Below, one piece after another: positions 1 through 10,112 of a stretch of 64,000 nucleotides of DNA. The DNA lies in contig NW_027590123.1 of NCBI RefSeq assembly GCF_964213995.1, forward strand, positions 1,984,001 through 2,048,000, read 5' to 3'. Below the pieces are notes generated by a model. That model ran no database searches. It was given only the letters and a program-made list of their open reading frames with translations, and was not told the origin of the DNA. The stretch comes from Mustelus asterias. Lineage: Eukaryota. The translations under genes and the position numbers were made by a program. Position 1 is the first letter of the stretch. The number at the start of each line of letters is the position of its first letter.

Positions 1-2
1 AG

Positions 3-452
3 GAGAACAGTGACCATGACACCACACAACCCTGCCACAGCAACCTCTGCAAGACGTGCCGGATCATCGACACAGATGCCATCATCTCACGTGAGAACAC
101 CATCCACCAGGTACACGGTACATACTCTTGCAATTCGGCCAACGTTGTCTACCTGATACGCTGCAAGAAAGGATGTCCCGAGGCATGGTACATTGGGGAA
201 ACTATGCAGACGTTGCGACAACGGATGAATGAACACCGCTCGACAATCACCAGGCAAGACTGTTCTCTTCCTGTTGGGGAGCACTTCAGCGGTCACGGGC
301 ATTCGGCCTCTGATATTCGGGTAAGCGTTCTCCAAGGCGGCCTTCGCGACACACGACAGCGCAGAGTCGCTGAGCAGAAACTGATAGCCAAGTTCCGCAC
401 ACACGAGGACGGCCTCAACCGGGATATTGGGTTCATGTCACACTATTTGTAA
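3..452 (+). CDS. PLE ORF C-terminus, GIY-YIG endonuclease (5'-partial)
   Basis: Translation ...PCHSNLCKTC...SCNSANVVYLIRCKKGC..AWYIGET..LRQRMNEH...E..LIAKF.T...GLN. This is the VVY/YIG-R-E-N pattern of PLE GIY-YIG domains. Confidence 0.85.
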   Translation, partial: ENSDHDTTQPCHSNLCKTCRIIDTDAIISRENTIHQVHGTYSCNSANVVYLIRCKKGCPEAWYIGETMQTLRQRMNEHRSTITRQDCSLPVGEHFSGHGHSASDIRVSVLQGGLRDTRQRRVAEQKLIAKFRTHEDGLNRDIGFMSHYL

Positions 453-656
453 CTCCCACAGTTGCGTGGACCTGCAGAGTTTCACTGGCTGTCTTGTCTG
501 GAGACAATACACATCTTTTTAGCCTGTCTTGATGCTCTCGCCATTCACATTGTTTTGTTTCGTAAAGACTTGATTAGTTGTAAGTATTCGCATTCCAACC
601 ATTATTCATGTAAATTGAGTCTGTGTCTTTATAAGCTCTGTTTGTGAACAGAATTC

Positions 657-701
657 CCACTCACCTGAAGAAGGGGCTTAGAGCTCCGAAAGCTTGTGTG
701 G
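657..701 (+). ncRNA. Minimal type I hammerhead ribozyme in PLE pLTR
   Basis: CTGAAGA (665-671), stem II ggggc/gctcc, GAAA (688-691), palindromic AAGCTT in place of stem III, and stem I cac/gtg plus cca/tgg. Confidence 0.7.
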
Positions 702-793
702 CTTTTGCTACCAAATAAACCTGTTGGACTTTAACCTGGTGTTGTTAAACTTCTTACTGTGTTTACCCCAGTCCAACGCCGGCATCTCCACAT

Positions 794-2345
794 TATATAA
801 CCTTACCATAACACTCCAACTTTTATACTCAATATTCCGATTTATAAAGGCCAATGTACCAAAGGCACTCTTTATGACCCTATCCACCTGTGACGTCACT
901 TTTGGGGAATTCTGTCCCTGTATTCCCAGATCCCTCTGTTCAACTGCACTCTTCAGAGTCCTACCATTTACCCTGTACGTTCTTCTTTGGTTTGTCCTTC
1001 CAAAGTGCAATATCTCACACTTGTCTGCATTAAATTCCATTTACCATTTTTCAGCCCATTTTTCTAGTTGGTCCAAATCCGTCTGCAAGCTTTGAAAACC
1101 TTCCTCACTGTCCACTACACCTCCAAATTTGCTGATCCAATTTACCACATTATCAGCCAGATCATTGATATAGATGACAAACAACAATGGACCCAACACC
1201 GATCCCTGCGGCACACCACTAGTCACAGGCCTCCACACAGAGAAGCAATCCTCCACAACCACTCTCTAGCTTCTTCCATTGAGCCAGTGTCTAATCCAAT
1301 TTACTACCTCCCCATGTATACGTAGTGACTGAACCTTCCTAACTAACTTCCCATGAGGGACCTTGTCAAAGGCCTTGCTGAAATCCAGGTAAACAACATC
1401 CACTGCCTTCCCTTCATCCACTTTCCTGGTAACCTCCTCGAAGAACTCTAATAGATTGGTTAAACATGACCTACCACGCACAAAACCATGTTGACTCTCC
1501 CTAATAAGTCCCTGTCTATCCAAATATTTGTAGATCCTATCCCTTATCACACCTTCCAATAACTTGCCCACCACCGACGTCAAACTTACTGGCCTATAAT
1601 TTCCCAGATTTCTTTTGGAACCTTTTTTAAACAACAGAACCACATGAGCCACCCTCCAATCATCCGGCACCTCCCCCATGAATACTGACATTTTAAATAT
1701 GTCTGCCAGGGCCCCTGCAAGTTCAACACTAGCTTCCCTCAAGGCCCGTGGGAATACCCTGTCCGGTCCTGGGGATTTATCCACTCTGATTTGCCTCAAG
1801 ACAGCAAGCACCTCCTCCCCTTTAATCTGTAAAGGTTCCATGACCTCCCTACCTGTTTGCCCTATTTCCGTAGACTCCATGCCCGTTTCCTTAGTAAATA
1901 CGGATGCAGAAAACCCATTTAATATCTCCCCCATTTCTTTCGGTTCCATACATAGCCGACCACTCTGATCTTCAAGAGGACCAGTTTTATCCCTCACTAT
2001 CCTTTTGCTCCTAACATACCTATAGAAGCTCTTTGGATTTTCCTTCACTCTGCCTGCCAAAGCAACCTCAAGTCTTCTTTTAGCCCTCCTGATTTCCCTA
2101 TTAAGTAGCTTCTTGCACTTTTTATACTCCTCAAGCATCTAATCTGTTCCTCTGCTGCCTGTACATTTCATACAACTCTCTCTTCCTCTTAATCAGTGTT
2201 ACAATCTCCCTCGAGAACCAAGGTTCCTTATTCCTATTTACTTTGCCTTTAATCCTGACAGGAACATACAAACTCTGCACTCTCAAAATTTCTCGTTTGA
2301 AGGCCTCCCACTTTCCATTTACATCCTTACCAGAGAACAGCCTGT
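794..2345 (-). mobile_element. CR1-clade LINE ORF2 fragment (RT), disrupted
   Basis: ORFs with [32 protein letters not shown]; FADD deleted. Highly similar to 53490-55040. Confidence 0.9.
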
Positions 2346-2359
2346 TGTGTTGAACATGA

Positions 2360-3475
2360 TGCCAAATTGAACTATTCCTTTCTGCCTGCCCTTGGTCCAT
2401 ATTCCTCTATTCCTTGCATATTCATGTGCTTATTTAAAACCCCCTTAAATGCCCCTATCGTATCTGCCTCCACCACCACTCCGAGCAGCGCATTCCAGAC
2501 ACCTACCACTCTCTGTGTAAAAAAACTTACCTCTCACATCTCCTTTGAACTTTGCCCGTCTCACCTTCAGTGCATGCTCCCTGGTGTTAGACATATCAAC
2601 TCTGAGGAAAAGATTCCATGTCTCTCATTTTATAGACTGCTATCAGGTCTCCCCTCACCCTCCGCCGCTATCGAGAAAACAACCCTTGTTTGTCAGTCGC
2701 TCATACCCTCCAATCCAGGCAGCATCCTGGGAAACCTCTTCTGCACCCTCATCAAAGCCTCTGCATCCTTTCTGTAATGTGGCGACCAGAATTGAACGCA
2801 ATATTCTAAGTGCGGCCCAAACAAAGTTTTATAAAGCTGCAACATGGCATGCTGACTCTTGTACTCAATAAAGGCAAGCATGCCATATGCCTTCTTTACC
2901 GACTAAATATTTGTGTGGCTAATTTCAGGAAGCTATGGACTTGAACCCCAAGATCCCTCTGTACATTAACTATATACTTATCTTTAATATTTGATCTCCC
3001 AAAGTGCAGCACCTCACACTTGCCCGGATTAAAATCCATCTGCCATTTCTCCGCTCATATCTGCAGCTGATCTACATCCCACTGTATCCTTTGACAACCT
3101 TCTACACTATCTACAACTCCATCTAGCTTTGTGTCGTCTGCAAGCTTACTAACCCACCCATCCACGTTTTCATCCAAGTCATTGATATATATCACAAATA
3201 GCGCAGGTCCCAGTACAGATCCCTGCAGAACACCACTAGTCATGGACTTCCAGTCAGAAAAACACCCTCCACCACTACTCTCTGACTTCTATGGGCAAGT
3301 CAATTCTGAATCCAAGTGGCCAAGTCACCGTGAATCCCATGCATCTTAATCTTCTGGATGAGCCGACCATGAGGGACCTTGTCGAAAGCCTTCGAAAAAT
3401 CCATGTTCACAACATCCACTGCTCTACCTTCATCGATCACCTTCGTCACCTCCTCGATAAAATCGATCCAGTCAG
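2360..3475 (-). mobile_element. CR1-clade LINE RT/3' fragments
   Basis: [13 protein letters not shown] and HLEYCVQFWSP motifs with deletions and frameshifts. Confidence 0.8.
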
Positions 3476-4119
3476 TAAGATGTTGACGGTGCTCCCACTG
3501 CAGTCCTGTGATGAAAATATAGACTGGTTGGTGAAATGTAGATAACAGGTAGAATTGATATCTAATGAGGACTTTATACTTTAGAATTGAATACAGGGCT
3601 CATTGTTACTAACGGGGAAAGAAGGGTTAAAACCCTTACCCAGAACCCTTTTCACACACACGTGGACATCTCTGAATCTGACGCACACCAAATGGAACGT
3701 TACACAAGGGGCTGGAATTCACTGGAATTTCTTAACAACCTTTCAATAGAAATGTCCTGGTACAGACTGTGACAAAGGACACAACAGACAGCAAGAACCA
3801 GGAGGAACCTTTAACCCAGAGAATGTTAATAACCTTGTTCAGGACACCGGTGCCAGGCACAGGAGGATCCCAGGAAAAACGGAACATTTAATTTCTGTCT
3901 GTTTCACAATTCTAAATGACTGATTCTTTAACAAAGGAATGTTTAAAAACAGCATTGTGATATTCCAAGGTCAATGTGTCTGGGAAAGGGACACACTGAT
4001 GTGTTTTTATTTTAAACAGGAGGATCCATTGAAAAGCAGCTCTGGACGATACGAGCACCTCCTGACCTACTTTCAATTTATTTCAAATCACCCATCACTT
4101 TCTGTGGAATATTCTTTAT

Positions 4120-4488
4120 TCTTCCCTGGGATGTGGACACTGCTGCCAAAGCCCCAGCACACGTTGCTCAGCTCCTAATTGCCCTTGAATGGAGTGACTT
4201 GCTCGGCCATTTCAGAGGGGCAGTTAAGAGTCACCCACATCGCTATGTGGGTCTGGATTCACATGTAGGCCAGACCGGGTAAGGATGGCAGATTTCCCTC
4301 CCGAATAGGGAGCATTAATAGGGTGAACTGGACAGGTTTTTACAACAATCGATGATAGTTTCATGGTCACCGTTACTGAGACTAACTTGATATAATTCCA
4401 GATTGATTCACTGAATTCAAATCCCACCAGCTGCCTGTCCCCAGATCTGTTGCTAGGTCTCTGCATTACTCGGCCAATGACACTCCCA
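4120..4488 (-). mobile_element. DeuSINE-like (SacSINE1-type) SINE
   Basis: Deu-domain-like text (aaatctgccatccttacccggtctggcctacatgtgaatccagacccac on the minus strand). A related copy lies at 59815-60110. Confidence 0.6.
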
Positions 4489-4688
4489 CTGTGAACCAGC
4501 TGTGGGAGCGGGAGCTGTGAACCAGCTGTGGGAGCGGGAGCTGTGAACCAGCTGTGGGAGCGGGAGCTGTGAACCAGCTGTGGGAGCGGGAGCTGTGAAC
4601 CAGCTGTGGGAGCGGGAGCTGTGAACCAGCTGTGGGAGCGGGAGCTGTGAACCAGCTGTGGGAGCAGAAGCTGTGAACCAGCTGTGGG
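4489..4688. repeat. 26-bp minisatellite (ctgtgaaccagctgtgggagcgggag), about 7.7 copies
   Basis: Direct reading; a 26-aa periodicity in the minus-strand ORF confirms the period. Confidence 0.95.
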
Positions 4689-5871
4689 ACTGGAAGCCTC
4701 GAGGATCATGAGGGACCAGGGCTGTTCCTAATGTTTAAATCCCTCAGCAAGAAGGCAGTGAAGCTCAGGCTTGGACTGAGGAGTTCCACAGTTTTGAGGC
4801 CTTAAAGGAAAGTTGGAGGGTTATTCAGCCAAAAGTTAATGAAAGGACCCCGATGAAATCTTGGAGAATAGCTGGAATACTGAGGAGAATTAAAGTGAAT
4901 TCTGGGGAGCTTTGACGTACCTTCCATATGTTCACAGGAACAGAAGTGAATGAACCTTCAAGATATCGTTTAGAAGGGAAATCTTGGGGGTAGAAGTTAA
5001 AAAGTAGAACTGTGTTTATAACATAAGTCTTTCTAAACTACAGTGTTACGTTTGTCGTATTGGTTTTTAATTTTCTTTTGTTTTTCATATCCAATAAAGT
5101 TTGTTTTTGTTTACATGCATAGAATTTTGTGGCGTAATTCTTTGTTACTCACTGGGTGTTCAAATTTCTCTATCAACAGTCCCAATCAGGATCATAACAA
5201 TACGCACAAACAATAATTCAAAACAAATCAAAGATCAAAAAATCAAATGTCCCTTATTTTGTGTGGCTTAACCAGCTCTGCCTTCAGACCCTTTATTTAG
5301 ATTTAAAACACTGGTCTTAGACCCACATTTCTCCCCTTCAAACAGAATGTGAAATTCTATCCTATTGTAAGATCTGGGTTTGGCTCCAATCTCAATTGTA
5401 ACAGTCAAGTCAGTTACCCATTGGAATAAGTTGTGAAAGGAATCTGCAGCTCCTGACTAGTTACAGACCATTCCAGGTACAAGAATGTTGTCACAGAATT
5501 TATTAATTCTAATAAGTAGAAAATCACAATATTTAAACACAGTGGATCAGTCCACTCACTCTGGAACACCAGCTCTCGGCTTCTGGTTGACTGTGGCTGT
5601 CGGCTGTTCTGTTGACCAAAGTCTATCTTCTTACTTCATGTTGTGTTGTGTTGTGCACCGAGCTCCGGAAAATTGTCACTCATTAACCCTCGCTCACAAC
5701 TATCTCTGTGCGGTATTCGCTCATTCAGCTTTGTCGCTCGTCTGCTGTGGTTCTGATTGGCCTCAGCAGCACATGATCAATCCCTGATTGATAAAATGGT
5801 GCATGATCAATGTTTGATTGGTCCCTGAAGGATATTGGTCATCTTGCTGATGTCACTTTCCATTAACGCAT

Positions 5872-6189
5872 CGAAATCATCGAATCCCTACAGTGCAGAA
5901 GGAGGCCATTCGGCCCATCGAGTCTGCATCGACCACCCCAGACCCTATCCCCATAACCCCATGTATTAACCTTGCTAACCCCCCGGCACTAAGGGCAATT
6001 TAGCACAGTCAATCAACCTGACCCACACATCTTTGGAGTGTGGGAGGAAACTGGAGCACCCGGAGGAAACCCACGCAGACACGGGGAGAATGTGCAAACT
6101 CCACACACAGTCACCTGAGGTTGGAATTGAACCCGGGTTCCTGGTGTTGTGAGGCAGCAGTGCGAACCACTGTGTCACCGTGCTGCCCC
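5872..6189 (-). mobile_element. tRNA-derived V-SINE (HE1-like)
   Basis: Head ggggcagcacggtgacacagtggttcgcactgctgcctcac, V-domain gtgtggagtttgcacattctccccgtgtctgcgtggg, and a CR1-like 3' tail. Confidence 0.85.
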
Positions 6190-7029
6190 GGTCACCTTGC
6201 TGATATCACTTCCCATTAACTCCTAACTGAGTTAATCCAGGATCTCAGTCACTTGCAGCAACATCCTTTTCTTTATTGCTTTTCCCTGCTGCTGTAGTAA
6301 GTTCAAAGCTTTTCCACTGAGATAACAAGGCAGCACAAGGTCATTTGTGTGTCTGCTTCCTTGTAATAAAAGGACGTGTGGTGTCACTTCCTAATGATTG
6401 ATGTTCGTCAGGCTCATCGACCTCACTGATACATCTGAGGTGTGATGTTTCATTTCTTACTGGCTGCTGATGCCTGAAGCAAGTTACTTAAAGACAAATA
6501 ACTAAAAGTACAAGAGATACACAAACTAATACAGCAATTACTACAGAACATAGAAAATCCACACAGAAAGGTGACAGGTGTGCTAAAGCTCAGGAAGCAA
6601 TTACAAAATACCATTTTTATTTTTTTTCATAAGGAATAAAAGTCACAGAAAATGCATCACAACAACACCATCACAGAAACTGATAATCAAACCCACACTA
6701 ATCTGTGTGTATGTTGAAGGAAAGTGACTATTTCTCTTTAAGTTAAAAAGCGAATACAATTTAAGAAATAATATTTCTCCCGCATTGACATTCACAATTA
6801 AACTACAAGAATCTTCACATGTATCCTCTAATCCTGCCATCAAATGTGGATCATTTCAATGGAAATGTGCTCTCCCAGGCTCAAAGAGCACTAGCCACTG
6901 GAAGCAAAGTTGTGGGACCGGCCAGTCCACGAGAAAGAAACTCTCCCACTTCACCTACTGTCAGAATGAACATGGTTCGGGCCTGGATGCGATTAACCAC
7001 AGCAATAACAGCAGAATCCAACCCTGTCA

Positions 7030-7788
7030 TCATTTGTGAACTCGCTGGTGTCTCTGCAAGTTGCATAACAATGTGAATCCCTTCCCACACATGGAGCAGG
7101 TGAACGGTCTCTCCCCGGTGTGAACTCGCTGGTGTTTCATCACGGTTGCTGAATGTTTGAATCCCTTTCCACACACAGAGCAGTTGAATGGCTTCTTCTC
7201 AGTGTGAACTCGCTGGTGTGTCAGCAGGTTTGATGAATCACTGAATCCTCTCCCACACTCAGAGCAGGTGAATGGTTTTTCCCCTGTGTGAACCCGCTGG
7301 TGTGTCAGCAAGTGGGATGACTGAATGAATCCCTTTCCACAGTCAGAGCAATTGAACGGTCTGTCTCCAGTGTGAACTCGCTGGTGTGTCAGTCGTGTGG
7401 ATGAATTACTGAATACTTTTCCGCAAACAGGGCAGGTGAATGGCTTCTCCCCAGTGTGAACTCGCTGGTGTGCCAGCAAATGGGATGATTGAATGAATCC
7501 CTTCCCACAGTCAGAGCAGGTGAATGGTCTCTCCCCACTGTGAATTCGCTGGTGTCTCCGCAGTGTGGGTAAATCACTAAATCCCTTCCCACACTCAGAA
7601 CAGGCGAACGGCCTCTCCCCGGTGTGAACTCGCTGGTGTGTAAGCAGAAGGGAGAATTGACTAAAACCCTTCCCACACTGAGAGCAGGTGAATGGTCTCT
7701 CCCCGGTGTGACTGCGTCGATGAGTTTCCAGCTTTGATGGGTAATTGAATCCCTTCCCACAGTCCCCACATTTCCACCGTTTCTCCAT
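7030..7788 (-). CDS. C2H2 zinc-finger protein, 9 tandem fingers (XlCGF/gastrula ZNF-like)
   Basis: [14 protein letters not shown] followed by nine CxxC...HxxxH fingers with TGE(R/K)PF linkers. Likely acceptor at 8143/8144, degenerate fingers upstream, AATAAA near 6616-6621. The start codon is inferred. Confidence 0.85.
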   Translation of the reverse strand: MEKRWKCGDCGKGFNYPSKLETHRRSHTGERPFTCSQCGKGFSQFSLLLTHQRVHTGERPFACSECGKGFSDLPTLRRHQRIHSGERPFTCSDCGKGFIQSSHLLAHQRVHTGEKPFTCPVCGKVFSNSSTRLTHQRVHTGDRPFNCSDCGKGFIQSSHLLTHQRVHTGEKPFTCSECGRGFSDSSNLLTHQRVHTEKKPFNCSVCGKGFKHSATVMKHQRVHTGERPFTCSMCGKGFTLLCNLQRHQRVHK

Positions 7789-8784
7789 GGTGCAGGTGCC
7801 CTTGTGACTCTGCTGGTTCCACGATCTGCTGAAGACTCGTCCACACACACAACACAATTAATTTCTCTCCCTGATGTGAATGATGCAATGTTCTTTCAGA
7901 CTGTGTTAAAGCTCTTTCCACAGTCCGTGCACTGGAACACGCTCACTCAGGTGTGTGTGTGTTTCAGTGCTTTTCCAAGCACACTGGTATTTTAGATCTC
8001 CTGAAAAAGACAGAACAGACAAAAATGTATCCTTCTAAATTGAAAGACTGATGATATTCAGGTTCCGATAGAGTGAATTTGTGAGATCTTAGTGTGACAT
8101 TTGGTTTGACATTTCTGCCTGAAAATCTTCACCTTCTGATATCCTGTAAAAGGAGTTTACAAAATTCATCACTGTCAGTACAAGATAGAAATTCAGAACA
8201 GATAATTCTAGTTTCCATGGAACATTCTTTCCTCTCTCATTCCCCAAAAGCTGTAAATCTTCACCCCACACACTGTCCCTCCATTCTCACTCTGCTGTAT
8301 CTAATATTCACCCTCCCAATTCTCCTGAAGGTGCTGATTGAGGCTGATTGACAGATCCATGCTCACTGCTTCCAGAACTAAGAGACTTTTACCAAGAGTC
8401 AGGATGGACTTGTGTGGCTGAAAGGACCCCTTTGCTGTAATGACTCTATAACTGGAAGTATAGAACATAGGTACAGTACAATATTAAAAGAGTATAAATA
8501 AGAATAAATTACTTCATTGCAGAACCATAAATAATTTATCTAATCTGTGACAAAAATAATCATGAGATATATCTCTGTCCTATATTAATTTACTGTCCCC
8601 TTAAATGTCAGCCATCTCCTGGGGAAAGCAGCCCTTTAATTCTGAACATTAGGAAAGAGAACATCCTCTTAACCAGACAAATCAATGTGTCAAGCTGAGG
8701 GAGCAAAGAATGTCAATGTCTTTAAGAGAGAGAGAGAGACCTGGGCCAACCTTTCCAGAGTCTGCACACTTCCTGGATTCACTT

Positions 8785-9370
8785 CATAGAATCATAGAAT
8801 CCTATAGTGTAGAAGAAGGCCATTCGGCCCATCGAGTCTGCACCAACCACAATCCCACCCAGGCCCTATCCCCATACCCCTCTGCATTTACCCTAACTTG
8901 TCCCCCTGGCACTAAGGGTCAATTTAACATGGCCAATCCACCTGACCCATGTGGTAAACCACTGTTATCTGTTGTGGTTAACCACTGTTAGTTAGTATTT
9001 ATTATTACCTGTATATGTGGCACATCCCTGTCGGTTCCACCCTAGACTCCTCCCCCTGGTCCGGGTATAAAGGCAGTGGCTCCTCCCCCTAGCCTTTAGT
9101 ACAGACCAGATCTCCGACAGGGATGGCTCCAAGTTCTTGCTAATATAAGCCTATTTGTCTTGCTTACAACTAGTCTTAACTTGATTGATAGTGCATCAAC
9201 CCACACATCTTTTGGACTGTGGGAGGAAACCGGAGCACCCGGAGGAAACCCACGCAGACATGGGGAGAACATGCAAACTCCACACAGACAGTGGCCCAAA
9301 CCAGGAATCGAACCTGAGTCCCTGACGTTGAGAGGCAGCAGTGCTAATCACTGTGCCACCATGCCACCCT
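8785..9370 (-). mobile_element. V-SINE (HE1-like) interrupted by a solo LTR
   Basis: Same family as 5872-6189; the two halves rejoin across 8950-9198. Confidence 0.85.
8950..9198 (+). mobile_element. Solo LTR (249 bp)
   Basis: TG...CA termini, 5-bp TSD ACCCA (8945-8949 / 9199-9203), internal TATAAA. Confidence 0.8.
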
Positions 9371-9481
9371 AAAGTCGACTACACCTGGCATTCCCAGGAG
9401 GTCTCCTATTCAAGTACTGACCAGGCCTGAGTCTGCTTAGCTTCCGGGATCAGGCGTTTTCAGACTAGTATGGTTGGAGGC
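9371..9481 (-). pseudogene. 5S rRNA pseudogene or 5S-derived element
   Basis: Matches the reverse complement of vertebrate 5S (ttcccaggaggtctcc..caagtact.accaggcc...tgcttagcttccg) with an internal deletion and many substitutions. Confidence 0.8.
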
Positions 9482-9512
9482 ATTGGCTGATTCTTTTCAC
9501 TTCCTTGAGTCT

Positions 9513-9986
9513 GTCTGGAGCTCAATCTTCATTCAGAAAGAGAGCAGCAGCAGCCGCTTCGCTGGGCAGGAATGAGCAGCTGAACAAGCTCATTGTCCAG
9601 ATTCCGCATTCAGACAATGGGGGGCTCTGATTGGCTGGAGGACCATGGAACTTCCGGTCCTCCAGAGTTTCCATTGGTTAATCCCCGCAGACAGACAATG
9701 AGGGGCGGAGCCCTACGTGGGGGTGGGCGGGACTTTGTCCTCCAGCCGCGCTGAGCTGTTGTCCAATGGGAAAGGCTGGAAGAGCCGGACAGACAATGGT
9801 CAGTGCGCCGGCTCTGTCCCGGGCCCCGCCCCACATCCGCACTCCCCCCAGAATCCGCACATGCGCACCTTTGATTCACGGCCCCTTACCAGCTCTGGCC
9901 AATAGGAAGTGTTGGAGGACCGGAAGGACTCTGGTCCCAGCCATTGAAAGCGCGGGCCTTGTGTGAATGAAGATGGAGTTTCAGAC
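9513..9986. promoter_or_regulatory. Quasi-palindromic, probably bidirectional promoter of the ZNF gene
   Basis: CpG-rich with several CCAAT/ATTGG boxes, two CCGGAAG ETS sites in inverted modules (about 9627-9680 vs 9895-9947), GC boxes and inverted 23-bp terminal motifs. Confidence 0.6.
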
Positions 9987-10112
9987 CTCTTTTTAGGTCA
10001 AACCAAGTAAACAAACTCAAATTAAATCAGGACAAAGTAAAAGGGGCAGCTCCCCAAAAAGGAGGGGGAACAGCCCGAACAGAAATCAAAATGCAAAGGA
10101 AACTTAAAAACA

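Larger units (their letters stand above)
1..793 (+). mobile_element. Penelope-like element (PLE), 3' part: GIY-YIG endonuclease end plus pseudo-LTR
   Basis: Open frame from the window edge to 452 with a Cys motif and GIY-YIG-type motifs. It is followed by a pLTR with a hammerhead core, AATAAA and terminal ...gccggcatctccacat. The same pLTR recurs at 38186-38411 and 40375-40492. Confidence 0.85.

Noticed and set aside
4489-4688. Regular repeats as a CRISPR array
   Set aside because: No unique spacers, and the context is eukaryotic. The same applies to the 28-bp array.
3956-5199. Possible solo LTR surrounding the SINE and minisatellite
   Set aside because: TG/CA ends and AATAAA are suggestive, but I found no matching TSD.
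9371-9481. 5S rRNA as the Tx1 target (Mutsu-like)
   Set aside because: The 5S remnant is 500 bp from the insertion and is not interrupted by it.
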